From: an uncultured Gemmataceae bacterium
GTDB taxonomy: Bacteria; Planctomycetota; Planctomycetia; Gemmatales; Gemmataceae
NCBI GenBank assembly: GCA_963750165.1
Contig: CAVVPN010000003.1
Coordinates: forward strand, 1,216,001-1,280,000
Reading direction: 5' to 3'
DNA: 64,000 nt
In this document: positions 1-8,641 of the stretch, piece after piece
Numbering within the stretch: the first letter of the stretch is position 1
How the letters are laid out: every line of letters starts with the position of its first letter
Made by a program: the position numbers and the translations under genes
The notes under the pieces: model-generated
The model's input: the letters and a program-made list of their open reading frames with translations, nothing else
What the model was told of the DNA's origin: nothing
The model's database searches: none

Positions 1-126
1 AATAATGTGGAAATGTTGAAATGCCAGGTTGGTAGGAGCGTTCGGAGGGGGGATAGGGGGATGGCGACCGCAGCCGGGGAAGGTATACTTGCAGTACCCC
101 AATCCCTCGGGAGGCCTCGTCGAGTC

Positions 127-996
127 ATGGCCAAATCGCCGACCCTGAGCCTGGTAACGCAGCTGCCAGCCCTGCCGCCGCGGCCGCCGGACAGCAACAA
201 GGGCAACTTCGGACGTGTCCTGGTGCTGGCCGGCAGTCGCGGGATGTCCGGCGCCGCCGTGCTGACCTCCAGCGGCGCCCTTCGTGCCGGCGCGGGCCTG
301 GTACGCCTGGCGACGCCGGCCGACGTGCTGCCCATCGCCGCGGCCGCCAACCCGTGCTACATGACCGTCCCGTTGCCGCAGGACGACCACGGCCGCTGTG
401 CCGCCAGCGCTGCCGACCTGTTGCAGCTCGCCGAGGGGCAGAGCGTCCTGGCCATCGGCCCCGGCCTGGGCCGCAGTCCGGCCTTGACGAGTTTGCTGGC
501 GGAATTGCTGCCACAACTGCGCGTCCCCGTGGTGCTCGACGCGGACGGCCTCAACAATCTCGTGGGTCACCTGGACGTGCTGGGCCGCTGTGCGGTGCCG
601 CTGGTCCTGACGCCGCACCCCGGCGAGCTGGCCCGGCTGCTGGGCTGCGAGATAGCGGTGGTGCAGGCCCGGCGGGCGGAACTGGCGGCGCAGTTCGCGG
701 CGCAGCACCGGGTGGTGCTCGTTCTCAAGGGGCACGGTACAGTGGTAGCGGATGGGGCGCAAATGTATGTCAACGCCACGGGCAACCCGGGCATGGCGAC
801 GGGCGGGAGTGGGGATGTACTGACCGGCGTGGTGGCGGCACTGCTGGCGCAAGGGCTGAAACCATTTGCCGCGGCCCAACTCGGCGTGTATCTTCATGGG
901 CGGGCGGGCGATTTGGCCCGGGACGAACTGGGCGAGGTCGGCCTGATCGCCACCGATCTGCTCGACTATTTGCCGCAGGCTCTGCGGCGCGGATGA
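127..996 (+). CDS. nnrD: ADP-dependent NAD(P)H-hydrate dehydratase (YjeF C-terminal domain only)
   Basis: Motifs SNKGNFGRVLVLAGS, AIGPGLG, VLDADGL, LTPHPGEL, VLKGHGT and NPGMATGGSGDVLTG. ATG 127 chosen because the earlier ORF part lacks family motifs. Confidence 0.92.
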   Translation: MAKSPTLSLVTQLPALPPRPPDSNKGNFGRVLVLAGSRGMSGAAVLTSSGALRAGAGLVRLATPADVLPIAAAANPCYMTVPLPQDDHGRCAASAADLLQLAEGQSVLAIGPGLGRSPALTSLLAELLPQLRVPVVLDADGLNNLVGHLDVLGRCAVPLVLTPHPGELARLLGCEIAVVQARRAELAAQFAAQHRVVLVLKGHGTVVADGAQMYVNATGNPGMATGGSGDVLTGVVAALLAQGLKPFAAAQLGVYLHGRAGDLARDELGEVGLIATDLLDYLPQALRRG

Positions 997-1056
997 CAGC
1001 GGTTGGCGTCATGGCCGGCCGTGGATCGACAAGCCCTCAACCGGTGAACCACTGTT

Positions 1057-2046
1057 ATGGAACTGCTCTGTCCGTCCTGTCAACAAAAACTGACCATCCC
1101 CGATCAGTACGCTGGCCAGCTGATGAAGTGTCCGCTGTGCCAGCAGAATTTCCCGGCGCCGGCGCTGCCCACGACGCCTGCGGCCGCCGCGCCGCCACCC
1201 CCGCCGCCGCCGATTCTGATGGAGCCCCTGCCGCCGCCCCCGCCGCCACCTGTCCCCGCCCGGGGCGACGGCTGGCAGCGGGACCGTGAGACCGAGGAAC
1301 ACTTGCCGGCCCTGCAACCGGTCGAGGAGGCGCCGCAGCCGCCGGGCGACTACACCCATTTCTGGAGCGTTTACTTCAGCCCGAAGGTGCTGATGTGGGT
1401 GCCGGCCCCGTTGCTGTTCGTCGTGTTCATCATGACGTTCTTTCCGTGGGTGGGCGTCTACCCTGGCGGGGTCTTCCTCCACAGCCAGAACGCTTACATG
1501 GCGGCCTTCGGCGGTTACTCCACGGACGAGGATCTGAAGGACGGATCGCCCTTCAGGGGTAAACTGGCGACGGAGGAGCCGGGATTCGGCATCGGCGTCT
1601 TTTTCTTCCTGCTGGTGTTTTTCCCCACGCTGCTGCTGGCCATCGCGGCGACAGTCCTGGGGGTGCTCGGCCACCAGGTGCCGCCGTTTTTGCGGATGAT
1701 TCGGCCGTGGCGCTGGGCGCTGGTGGGGGGTCTCTCCTTCGTCGCGCTGTGTTTTTTGTGGCTGCAGGGCCTGATCGGCTTCAGCATTGAGAACCGCACG
1801 CTGGACGCCACCAACAAGAAAGCGAATGAGATGCTCCAGAACCTACCCGAGCAGGCCGACCAGGCGGCCAAAATGCGGAAAGGGATCGCGGTCTTGCGCG
1901 GCGTCGATGCCCAGGCGCTGGTGCGCACCTTCTGGTTCCACGCAGCGGAATGGCTGCTGTTCCTGACGTTCCTGGTGTCGCTGATGCTGTTCTGGATCGA
2001 CTTCCGCGGCAACAAACCGCTGCCGCGCGTGGACATCATCTTCTAA
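1057..2046 (+). CDS. Membrane protein with N-terminal zinc ribbon (CPSC...CPLC), Pro-rich linker and about 4 TM helices
   Basis: Two CxxC pairs, a poly-Pro stretch and several hydrophobic segments; GC3-rich codon usage. Confidence 0.8.
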   Translation: MELLCPSCQQKLTIPDQYAGQLMKCPLCQQNFPAPALPTTPAAAAPPPPPPPILMEPLPPPPPPPVPARGDGWQRDRETEEHLPALQPVEEAPQPPGDYTHFWSVYFSPKVLMWVPAPLLFVVFIMTFFPWVGVYPGGVFLHSQNAYMAAFGGYSTDEDLKDGSPFRGKLATEEPGFGIGVFFFLLVFFPTLLLAIAATVLGVLGHQVPPFLRMIRPWRWALVGGLSFVALCFLWLQGLIGFSIENRTLDATNKKANEMLQNLPEQADQAAKMRKGIAVLRGVDAQALVRTFWFHAAEWLLFLTFLVSLMLFWIDFRGNKPLPRVDIIF

Positions 2047-2055
2047 CGGCGAAAC

Positions 2056-2118
2056 TCAGCTGACCCCGCTTACGTTTCGCGCGCTTCCAGCGCGCGAAAC
2101 GTAAACGAGGTCAGCTGA
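2056..2118. repeat. REP-like palindrome, family A (copy 1 of 3)
   Basis: TCAGCTGACCCCGCTTACGTTTCGCGCGC / GCGCGCGAAACGTAAACGAGGTCAGCTGA inverted repeat between convergent genes; same core at 10044 and 23057. Confidence 0.85.
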
Positions 2119-2125
2119 CATCCGC

Positions 2126-2944
2126 TCACCACATCGCCGCCTCCTCGCCGTCGAGCCGCAGCGTCAGGCACTTGGCACTGCCGCCCGCCTTGAGGAACTC
2201 ATCCAGTTCCACCGCCAGCGGATCGTAGCCCCATTTCTTCAGGCCGCGCATCAACTCCTCGCAGCCGCTGTTGACCACGACCGATTTGCCCACCACCACC
2301 GCGTTGCACCCGAAGCGTTCCGCCTCGTCCTTGCGCACCGCCAGCAGCCTCGGGATGTGCGCCTGCAGCACGCGGTTGCCATACTCGTCGAACGCCGCCG
2401 GGTAGTAGATCGCCTCGCCCTCACGCAGCGGACAGAAGCAGGTGTCCAGGTGGTAGAAGGACGGGTTGACCAGCTCCAGCGGCAGCACCTGGCGCTGCAG
2501 GGCCTTGCCCAGCCACTGATGGCCGTGAACGTCGCTGCGGATGCGGTAGCCGGCGAACAACGTCGTGCCGCAGAACAGCGCGTCGCCGGCCCCCTCGAAG
2601 TACATGTCCGCCGGCAGCCGCATCACCTCAAAGCCGTGCGCCGCGAACCAGGCGTCGAAGTGCGGCGACTCGCGGGCGCGGACCTCGTGGCGGAAGCGCG
2701 AACTGAAGAACTTTTTGGCGAAGATCAGCCCGGCGTTGGCGGTGAACACCAGGTCCGGCAGGCCCGGTTGCGGCGTCATCAGCTCGATCTGCACGTCCAG
2801 TTCCAGCAGCGTCTCGTGCAGCTTGCGCCACTGCTCGTGGGCGCGAACCGGGCTGCTGCCGCGCTCCCGGCTCATCCACGGGTTGATCTCGTACTCGATG
2901 CCGTAGTGGTCGGGCGGGCACATCAAAATCCGGGGCTGACGCAT
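2126..2944 (-). CDS. Amidinotransferase/pentein-family hydrolase (arginine dihydrolase-like, similar to the ArgZ N-terminal domain)
   Basis: ILMCPPDHYGIEYEINPWM, LPDLVFTANAG, FEGAGD, FYHLDTCF and GGSAKCL with the catalytic Cys. Confidence 0.88.
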   Translation of the reverse strand: MRQPRILMCPPDHYGIEYEINPWMSRERGSSPVRAHEQWRKLHETLLELDVQIELMTPQPGLPDLVFTANAGLIFAKKFFSSRFRHEVRARESPHFDAWFAAHGFEVMRLPADMYFEGAGDALFCGTTLFAGYRIRSDVHGHQWLGKALQRQVLPLELVNPSFYHLDTCFCPLREGEAIYYPAAFDEYGNRVLQAHIPRLLAVRKDEAERFGCNAVVVGKSVVVNSGCEELMRGLKKWGYDPLAVELDEFLKAGGSAKCLTLRLDGEEAAMW

Positions 2945-2946
2945 GG

Positions 2947-4175
2947 CTATACCCCCAGTTCGTGCAGCAGGCGCGCAGGAACGGTTCCGCGTCCGTGACC
3001 ATGCCGACGGTCTGGACGCTGCCGCGCTCGTTCAGGCGCGTCACCGGCGCCGGGTTGATGTCCACGACCGCCACCTTGACCCACGCCGGCAGCAGCATGG
3101 CCGTCGCCAGCGAGTGCAGCGTCGTGGCGATCATCAGCGCGAAGCCGACGCCGTGGATCAGCTCGCGCATCTGCTGCAGGGCCGCCTGCATGCCGGTGAC
3201 AACCTCCGGTAGCGGCCCGTCGTCGCGGATGCTGCCGGCCAGGACGAACGGCAGCTGATGGCGGACGCACTCATACATGATACCACTTTTCAGCAGCCCC
3301 TGATCCACCGCGGCCCGGATGCCGCCGGCGCGGCGCATGGCGTTGATGGCGCGCAGGTGGTGTTCGTGGCCCTCCTCGGTCGGCAGGCCGTGCTCCAGCG
3401 ACACGCCCAAACTGGTGCCGTACAGCGCCTGCTCGATGTCGTGCGTCGCCAGGGCATTGCCAGCGAACAGTACGTTCAGATAGCCCTGGCGGATCAGCCG
3501 ACCGATGAACTCGACGCTGCCGGTGTGGACGACGGCGGGACCGAGCACCGCCAGGATCTTCTCGCCAGCGGCCCTGGCGCGGCGCATGGCCCCGGCGATT
3601 TCGCGGACGGTGACGCCCTTGGGCTTTTCGCTGGAAACGGGGCTGGCCATGAACTCGAACAGGTTCTGCCGGGCGGTGGCCGCATCGGAGAAGACACGCA
3701 GGCCCTGCCGGCCGACGACGATGCGGTCGCCCTTGCGAGCGTGGATCATCGGCAGGCAGCGGGCGGCGGCGCCCTCCGGGTCGAGGACAATGCCGCAGTC
3801 CTGCTCCTGGTCCTCCACGTCCACCCAGTCGCCGCGGAGCCGGACCTGCGTGCGCAGGTTCGTGGTGGCGTAGAAGTCCTCGGGAAAGGCCCCATCCAGA
3901 TCGGCGGCAACGGCGACGCAATCGTGGGCGGCGGTGGGCGTGGCACCGTGGTCGTGGATGGCGGCGAGGATGTCGCGCAGGACGGCGGCGCTGGGCGCGT
4001 GGACCTCGATGCGGGCCCGGCTGGTATCGCGGGGCCGCCGGCCGACGTCGATGTGCTTGAGCGTGTAGGTGCCGCCGCGTGTCAGAATCTCGTCGAGCAC
4101 CTTGGGCAGCAGCAGCGAGTCGATGATGTGACCTTCCAGGTTCACTTCTTCAACAAAGCCGGGAGAAACTGTCAT
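2947..4175 (-). CDS. TIGR00300-family protein (LOR/SDH-like, ornithine cyclodeaminase-type, similar to the ArgZ/AgrE C-terminal part); 1-nt frameshift near the 3' end
   Basis: LEGHIIDS, FEFMASPVSSEKPK, GPAVVHTG, GNALATHDIE and LAGSIRDDGPLP. Restoring one C at ~2971 gives ...FLRALLHELGV-stop at 2947, just before the next ATG (2944). Confidence 0.85.
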
Positions 4176-4201
4176 GTGAAAGACCTCAGGATGAATGAAT
4201 T

Positions 4202-4324
4202 AGAGCGGTTCACAGCCGCGTGGATCACGCCCCGTAGGACGGCTCTCCAGAGCCGTCTCCGAGACAAGGACGGCTCTGGAGAGCCGTCCCACAGGCTGTG
4301 CGCAAACCAAGTGTGAACCGCTCT
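4202..4324. mobile_element. Candidate MITE with 13-bp TIRs enclosing a REP family B doublet
   Basis: AGAGCGGTTCACA (4202-4214) and its perfect reverse complement TGTGAACCGCTCT (4312-4324) flank GTAGGACGGCTCTCCAGAGCCGTC...GACGGCTCTGGAGAGCCGTCCCAC (4233-4292). Confidence 0.6.
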
Positions 4325-4325
4325 C

Positions 4326-4428
4326 GCCACAGAGGACACAGAGAGAAAACCAGAGAAAAAGTGTTCTGGCCTCCCGGTCGGTTGCTGAATTTGATTTCTC
4401 CCTCTGTGTTCTCTGTGTCCTCTGTGGC
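4326..4428. repeat. Inverted repeat, family C (GCCACAGAGGACACAGAG...CTCTGTGTCCTCTGTGGC)
   Basis: Perfect arms of at least 18 bp built from a 9-nt CACAGAG-type unit, directly downstream of the phosphoesterase stop. Confidence 0.8.
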
Positions 4429-4436
4429 TAAATTCC

Positions 4437-5159
4437 TCACTCTTTCTTGTGCTTGCTGCTCTCCGGCTTGGCCAGGCCGCCTGTGCGCAGCACCTCGGCC
4501 AGCTGCGACTTGGCCGTCTCGGGCAGCGAACTCTCGTGGATGGTCCGCACCGTTTGCTCGACCGCGTACTCGACGCGCTTCAACTCGACCCGGTTGTCGT
4601 CGATGACCGCATAGGATGCCCGCGGGTCGCCGTCACGCGGTTGGCCGACGCTGCCGGGGTTGACGACCAGCTTGTCGCCGACCTCCAGCACGTAGGGGTG
4701 GTGCGTGTGGCCGACGCAGACGACGTTGGCCTCGATCTTCTGCAACCGCCGCGTCCAGAACTCCTTGTCCGCGACACCGTACTCGTCCAGCGGGTCACGC
4801 GGCGTTGCGTGGACCAGCAGGAAGCGCGTCTCGTTCAGCGTGACCATGCGCGACAGGGGCAGCAAACTCAGGTATCGGCGGTCCTCCGTGGACAGGCGCT
4901 CCTGCGTCAGCGGGCGGGTGACGCTGGTCAGGTACTTGAAGCCGCTGCGGCCGGTGACGGTGACGTACTGGGCGACGCCGTGGTCGTGGTTGCCGCGCAC
5001 CGCGTAATGGGCGTGCGTCCGCACCCAGTGGATGCACGGCACCGGCTCCAGGCCGTAGTCCACCAGGTCGCCCAGGAACAGGCAGACATCGTGCGGTTCC
5101 TGGATCGCCTGCAGCGCGGCCCAGTTGGCGTGGATGTCGGCCAGTACCAGGATGCGCAT
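4437..5159 (-). CDS. Metallophosphoesterase (calcineurin-like, YfcE/MJ0936 family)
   Basis: DIHAN, GDLVDYG, RGNHD, HATP, GHTH and NPGSVGQPRDGDPRASY. Confidence 0.92.
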   Translation of the reverse strand: MRILVLADIHANWAALQAIQEPHDVCLFLGDLVDYGLEPVPCIHWVRTHAHYAVRGNHDHGVAQYVTVTGRSGFKYLTSVTRPLTQERLSTEDRRYLSLLPLSRMVTLNETRFLLVHATPRDPLDEYGVADKEFWTRRLQKIEANVVCVGHTHHPYVLEVGDKLVVNPGSVGQPRDGDPRASYAVIDDNRVELKRVEYAVEQTVRTIHESSLPETAKSQLAEVLRTGGLAKPESSKHKKE

Positions 5160-5194
5160 GCGCAGGCCCTTTGCCAAAAAAATGTCGAGATCGC

Positions 5195-5224
5195 TTGACG
5201 CGCACAACCCCCAGGGATTATAGT
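5195..5224 (+). promoter_or_regulatory. Candidate sigma70 promoter
   Basis: TTGACG, 18-nt spacer, TATAGT; about 170 nt upstream of the ATG at 5395. Confidence 0.5.
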
Positions 5225-5394
5225 ACAGGGAAAGCTCCCACAACCAGTAGCGAACGCACCCTGGAAGGAAGCCCGGAGTGACAAACGGGGTTGCCTGCCT
5301 GGCGCCACCGGCGCACCAGCCCCACGCTTTCCGAACCCCCGCCGCGACCGGCGCCAGCCGCCCGTCGTCGGCCGCTTCCCCGAAGGACGGTGCC

Positions 5395-5694
5395 ATGGCT
5401 GAACGATCTGTACGTCGCATGACCCTGCGACAGCTGCTGACCCACGCGGAAAAGCTCACGCGCGACATGATCGAGCACGTGCAGAACACACTGCTGACGC
5501 AGGCGTCGGAGTACCGCGACCTGACCCGGCCCGTGCGCCGCAAGAGCCACTACCCGAAGTTCATCGCCGTGCAGAACACCCTGCGCAAGCTGCTGACGGC
5601 CGCCGAGGAGGCCAACGTAATGGCGGACCTGATTCGCGAGGAACTGCAGGAGATCCGCGAACACTCCCGCCGCGAGCGCATCAACCGGATGTAA
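5395..5694 (+). CDS. Small helical hypothetical protein (99 aa)
   Basis: Strong GC3 codon bias, AAGGA upstream of ATG, amphipathic/coiled-coil pattern. Confidence 0.75.
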   Translation: MAERSVRRMTLRQLLTHAEKLTRDMIEHVQNTLLTQASEYRDLTRPVRRKSHYPKFIAVQNTLRKLLTAAEEANVMADLIREELQEIREHSRRERINRM

Positions 5695-5701
5695 TGTCCC
5701 C

Positions 5702-5769
5702 GGCGAGCGGCGCGGCGTCAGGCCGCCGTGTCTGGCGTTCCACGGCGGTCTGACGCCGCGCCGCTCGCC
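5702..5769. repeat. REP-like palindrome, family D (copy 1 of 3)
   Basis: GGCGAGCGGCGCGGCGTCAG...CTGACGCCGCGCCGCTCGCC; identical outer arms at 33898 and 41745. Confidence 0.9.
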
Positions 5770-5795
5770 AATCAAGGATGATCGGAGCGAAGCGC

Positions 5796-6935
5796 ATGGA
5801 TGCGTTCCCCCCCCGTGTTCACCTCGTCCACGACTGGCTGACCGGCATGCGCGGCGGCGAAAAGTGCCTGGAGGCGCTGTGCCGTCACTGGCCGCACGCC
5901 CGCCTGTACACGCTGCTGCACCAGCCCGGCAGCGTCAGCGAGCCCATCGAACAACTGCGGCCGCGCACCAGCTTCCTGCAGCGCCTGCCCGGCGTCCACC
6001 GCTACTACCGCTATCTGCTGCCGCTGCTGCCGCTGGCCGCGCGCTGGCGGTTGCCGCCCGCGGACCTCGTGGTCAGCTTCAGCCACTGCGTCGCCAAGGC
6101 CGCGCTGCCGCCGCCCGGCACGCCGCATGTCTGCTACTGCTTCACACCCATGCGCTACGCCTGGCACCTGCGCGAGTCCTACTTCGGCCGCGGCCTCAAG
6201 GGTCGGTTGCTCGACCAGGTGCTGCGCCGCCTGCGCGACTGGGACCGCCGTACCGCCGGCCGCGTCACGCACTTCCTGGCCATCAGCCGGGCCGTGCAGC
6301 GCCGCATCCGCGAATGCTACGACCGCGACAGCACTGTCCTGTACCCGCCGGTGGACACCGATTTCTACACCCCCGCCGCGGTGCCGCGCGAGCCGTATTA
6401 TCTCGTGGTCTCGGCGCTGGCGCCGTACAAGCGCTTCGACCTGGCGCTGGCGGCGTGCCGGCGACTGCGGCGGCGGCTGGTGGTCATCGGCAGCGGCCAG
6501 GACGAGCCGCGCCTGCGGGCGCTGGCGGGACCGGAGACGCACTTCCTCGGCTGGCAGCCCGATGCGGTCATCCGCGACCACCTGCGCCGCTGCCGGGCCC
6601 TGCTGTTTCCGGGGGAGGAGGATTTCGGCATCGTGCCGCTGGAGGCGCAGGCGTGCGGTACGCCGGTCGTGGCGCTGGCGCGCGGCGGAGCCACGGAAAC
6701 GGTGCTGCCGCTGGGCGGCGACCGGCCGCCGACGGGTGTGTGGTTCGCGGAGCAGTCCGCCGAGGCGCTGGCGGCAGCAGTCGAGCGCTTCGAGGCCCAC
6801 GCCGACGCATTTGCGCCCGCGGTCGCGCGGCGGCAGGCATTGCGTTTCCACCAGTGGCGGTTCACGACGGAGTTGGTGGCGTATCTGGAAGGGGTGCTGC
6901 GCGGCACGGCGGAGGCGCTGCCGCGGGCGGCGTGA
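5796..6935 (+). CDS. Glycosyltransferase family 4 (GT-B, WbaZ-like)
   Basis: VHDWLTGMRGGEKCL, YCFTPMRYAW, SALAPYKRFD and EEDFGIVPLEAQACGTPV. Confidence 0.92.
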   Translation: MDAFPPRVHLVHDWLTGMRGGEKCLEALCRHWPHARLYTLLHQPGSVSEPIEQLRPRTSFLQRLPGVHRYYRYLLPLLPLAARWRLPPADLVVSFSHCVAKAALPPPGTPHVCYCFTPMRYAWHLRESYFGRGLKGRLLDQVLRRLRDWDRRTAGRVTHFLAISRAVQRRIRECYDRDSTVLYPPVDTDFYTPAAVPREPYYLVVSALAPYKRFDLALAACRRLRRRLVVIGSGQDEPRLRALAGPETHFLGWQPDAVIRDHLRRCRALLFPGEEDFGIVPLEAQACGTPVVALARGGATETVLPLGGDRPPTGVWFAEQSAEALAAAVERFEAHADAFAPAVARRQALRFHQWRFTTELVAYLEGVLRGTAEALPRAA

Positions 6936-6944
6936 ACAGGCAAA

Positions 6945-7012
6945 GGCGAGCCGGGAACGTCAGCGACCGGAGGAAACAGAGTCCCTCCGGTCGCTGACGT
7001 TCCCGGCTCGCC
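6945..7012. repeat. REP-like palindrome, family E (related to D)
   Basis: GGCGAGCCGGGAACGTCAGCGACCGGAGG / CCTCCGGTCGCTGACGTTCCCGGCTCGCC perfect arms between convergent genes. Confidence 0.85.
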
Positions 7013-7042
7013 GGGGTGTTTCAGTCGGTCATGTCTGTGTGC

Positions 7043-8242
7043 TCACTTCACGGGCGGCATCGGCGGCCCACCAACGCCAGCGCCGTAGGAGCCGCACGGC
7101 GTATACACCGGCACGCACACCGTCGTCGGATAGGGCACCGTCACGCAGTAGGTCTCCTGGTAGGTGACGACCTCCGGCACCTGGTAGCACTCCAGCCGCC
7201 TGGCAACGCCTTCCACCACCTTGGGCTTGTAACTGCACACGTTGACGGTGATGTCCTTGACCACCGGCACGGTTTCGCAGACCATCCGCGTGCCTTCCAC
7301 CACCCTGGGCTTGTAGCTGCACACGTTGACGGTAACGTCCCTGACCACCGGCACCATCTCGCAGACCATCCGCGTGCCTTCCACCACCCTGGGCTTGTAG
7401 CTGCACACGTTGACGGTAACGTCCCTGACCACCGGCACCATCTCGCAGACCATCCGCGTGCCTTCCACCACCCTGGGCTTGTAGCTGCACACATTGACGG
7501 TAACGTCCCTGACCACCGGCACCATCTTCATCACGGTGCAGGTGACCGGGACGACCGTGGTCTGCGGGACGCACACCATGCGCACGCAGCCCGTGCAGGG
7601 ATCGACGACCGGACAGGACACCATGCGGCAGACCGTCACGTTCGTGGTGATCGTGCTTGGGACGCAGGTGTTGATCGTGATCTTCTGCGTGGTCGGAGTG
7701 ATGATCTGTTCCTGGATGGTGTAGGTGAACGGCACCGGCTTGGTGACCATCTGGTAGGTGGTCACTTTCTGCGGGGTCGGGGTGATGATCTGTTCCTGGA
7801 TGGTGTAGGTGAACGGCACCGGCTTGGTGACCATCTGATAGCTGGTCACCTTCTGCGTGGTCGGGGTGACGATCTGTTCGTAGACGGTGTAGTTGAACGG
7901 CACCGGCTTGGTGATCATCTGGTAGGTGGTCACCTTCTGCGGGGTCGGGGTGATGACCTGCTCGTAGACGGTGTACTTGTAGGGCACTTCGACTTCCTTG
8001 GTGTGCGTCCGCATCACGGTCACCTTGACCGGGCGCGTACGCACCTCCTGGCGGTAGGCCGTCACCTGCTGCTGGACGTAGGAAACGGTCATGCCGCACG
8101 GGGCTGCGCAGCCGACGCTGCCGACGCTGACGTAACCGCAGCCACTATTGCGCCGCCACCCGTGCGCGTCGCTGGTCGAAACGCAGGCGGCCACCACCAC
8201 GGCCGCCAGCAGCACCTTCGCCCAAATCCGCATGAGATGCAC
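7043..8242 (-). CDS. Secreted Val/Thr/Cys-rich repeat protein (YTV-like planctomycete envelope protein) with two blocks of 28-aa repeats
   Basis: Signal-peptide-like N-terminus and GGAGG RBS; 84-nt tandem repeats in both halves (for example 7283/7367/7451 and 7741/7825). Confidence 0.82.
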   Translation of the reverse strand: MHLMRIWAKVLLAAVVVAACVSTSDAHGWRRNSGCGYVSVGSVGCAAPCGMTVSYVQQQVTAYRQEVRTRPVKVTVMRTHTKEVEVPYKYTVYEQVITPTPQKVTTYQMITKPVPFNYTVYEQIVTPTTQKVTSYQMVTKPVPFTYTIQEQIITPTPQKVTTYQMVTKPVPFTYTIQEQIITPTTQKITINTCVPSTITTNVTVCRMVSCPVVDPCTGCVRMVCVPQTTVVPVTCTVMKMVPVVRDVTVNVCSYKPRVVEGTRMVCEMVPVVRDVTVNVCSYKPRVVEGTRMVCEMVPVVRDVTVNVCSYKPRVVEGTRMVCETVPVVKDITVNVCSYKPKVVEGVARRLECYQVPEVVTYQETYCVTVPYPTTVCVPVYTPCGSYGAGVGGPPMPPVK

Positions 8243-8641
8243 CTCCCTAAGTTGCGACCCACTGCCTCACCAGTCCCAGGACGGGAAACCACTCAGGTGT
8301 GCAGTATGTTTGTCTGGGTGAAAAACCCCTGTTTTGAGAAAATAAGAAACCTTGAGAGTTTAGGCAAGATGGAAGCTTAGCTTGCCATATTTTTTCGGTA
8401 TTGACAAGTGCAAATGTGCCGATTGTGCCGGTTTTTTCCGGGAGTCGGCCGTCGCCGTCGTCGCGCAATCTTTTTCCCAAAAGTGATCGCTTGCTGAATC
8501 GCAAATCGTGATAACGTCAGCGTTCGGCGCGCACCGAGGACACCTGGTGTCGCGGCCGCGCCAGATAATTTGCTGGCCTTCTCCACCTTCTCTACGTTAA
8601 AGTGCAAGAAGCTGATGCAACCTGCATGCCGAGGATGAAAC

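Noticed and set aside
7200..7980. 84-nt tandem repeats as a CRISPR array
   Set aside because: No unique spacers; the period is a multiple of 3 and lies within a coding frame; no cas genes.
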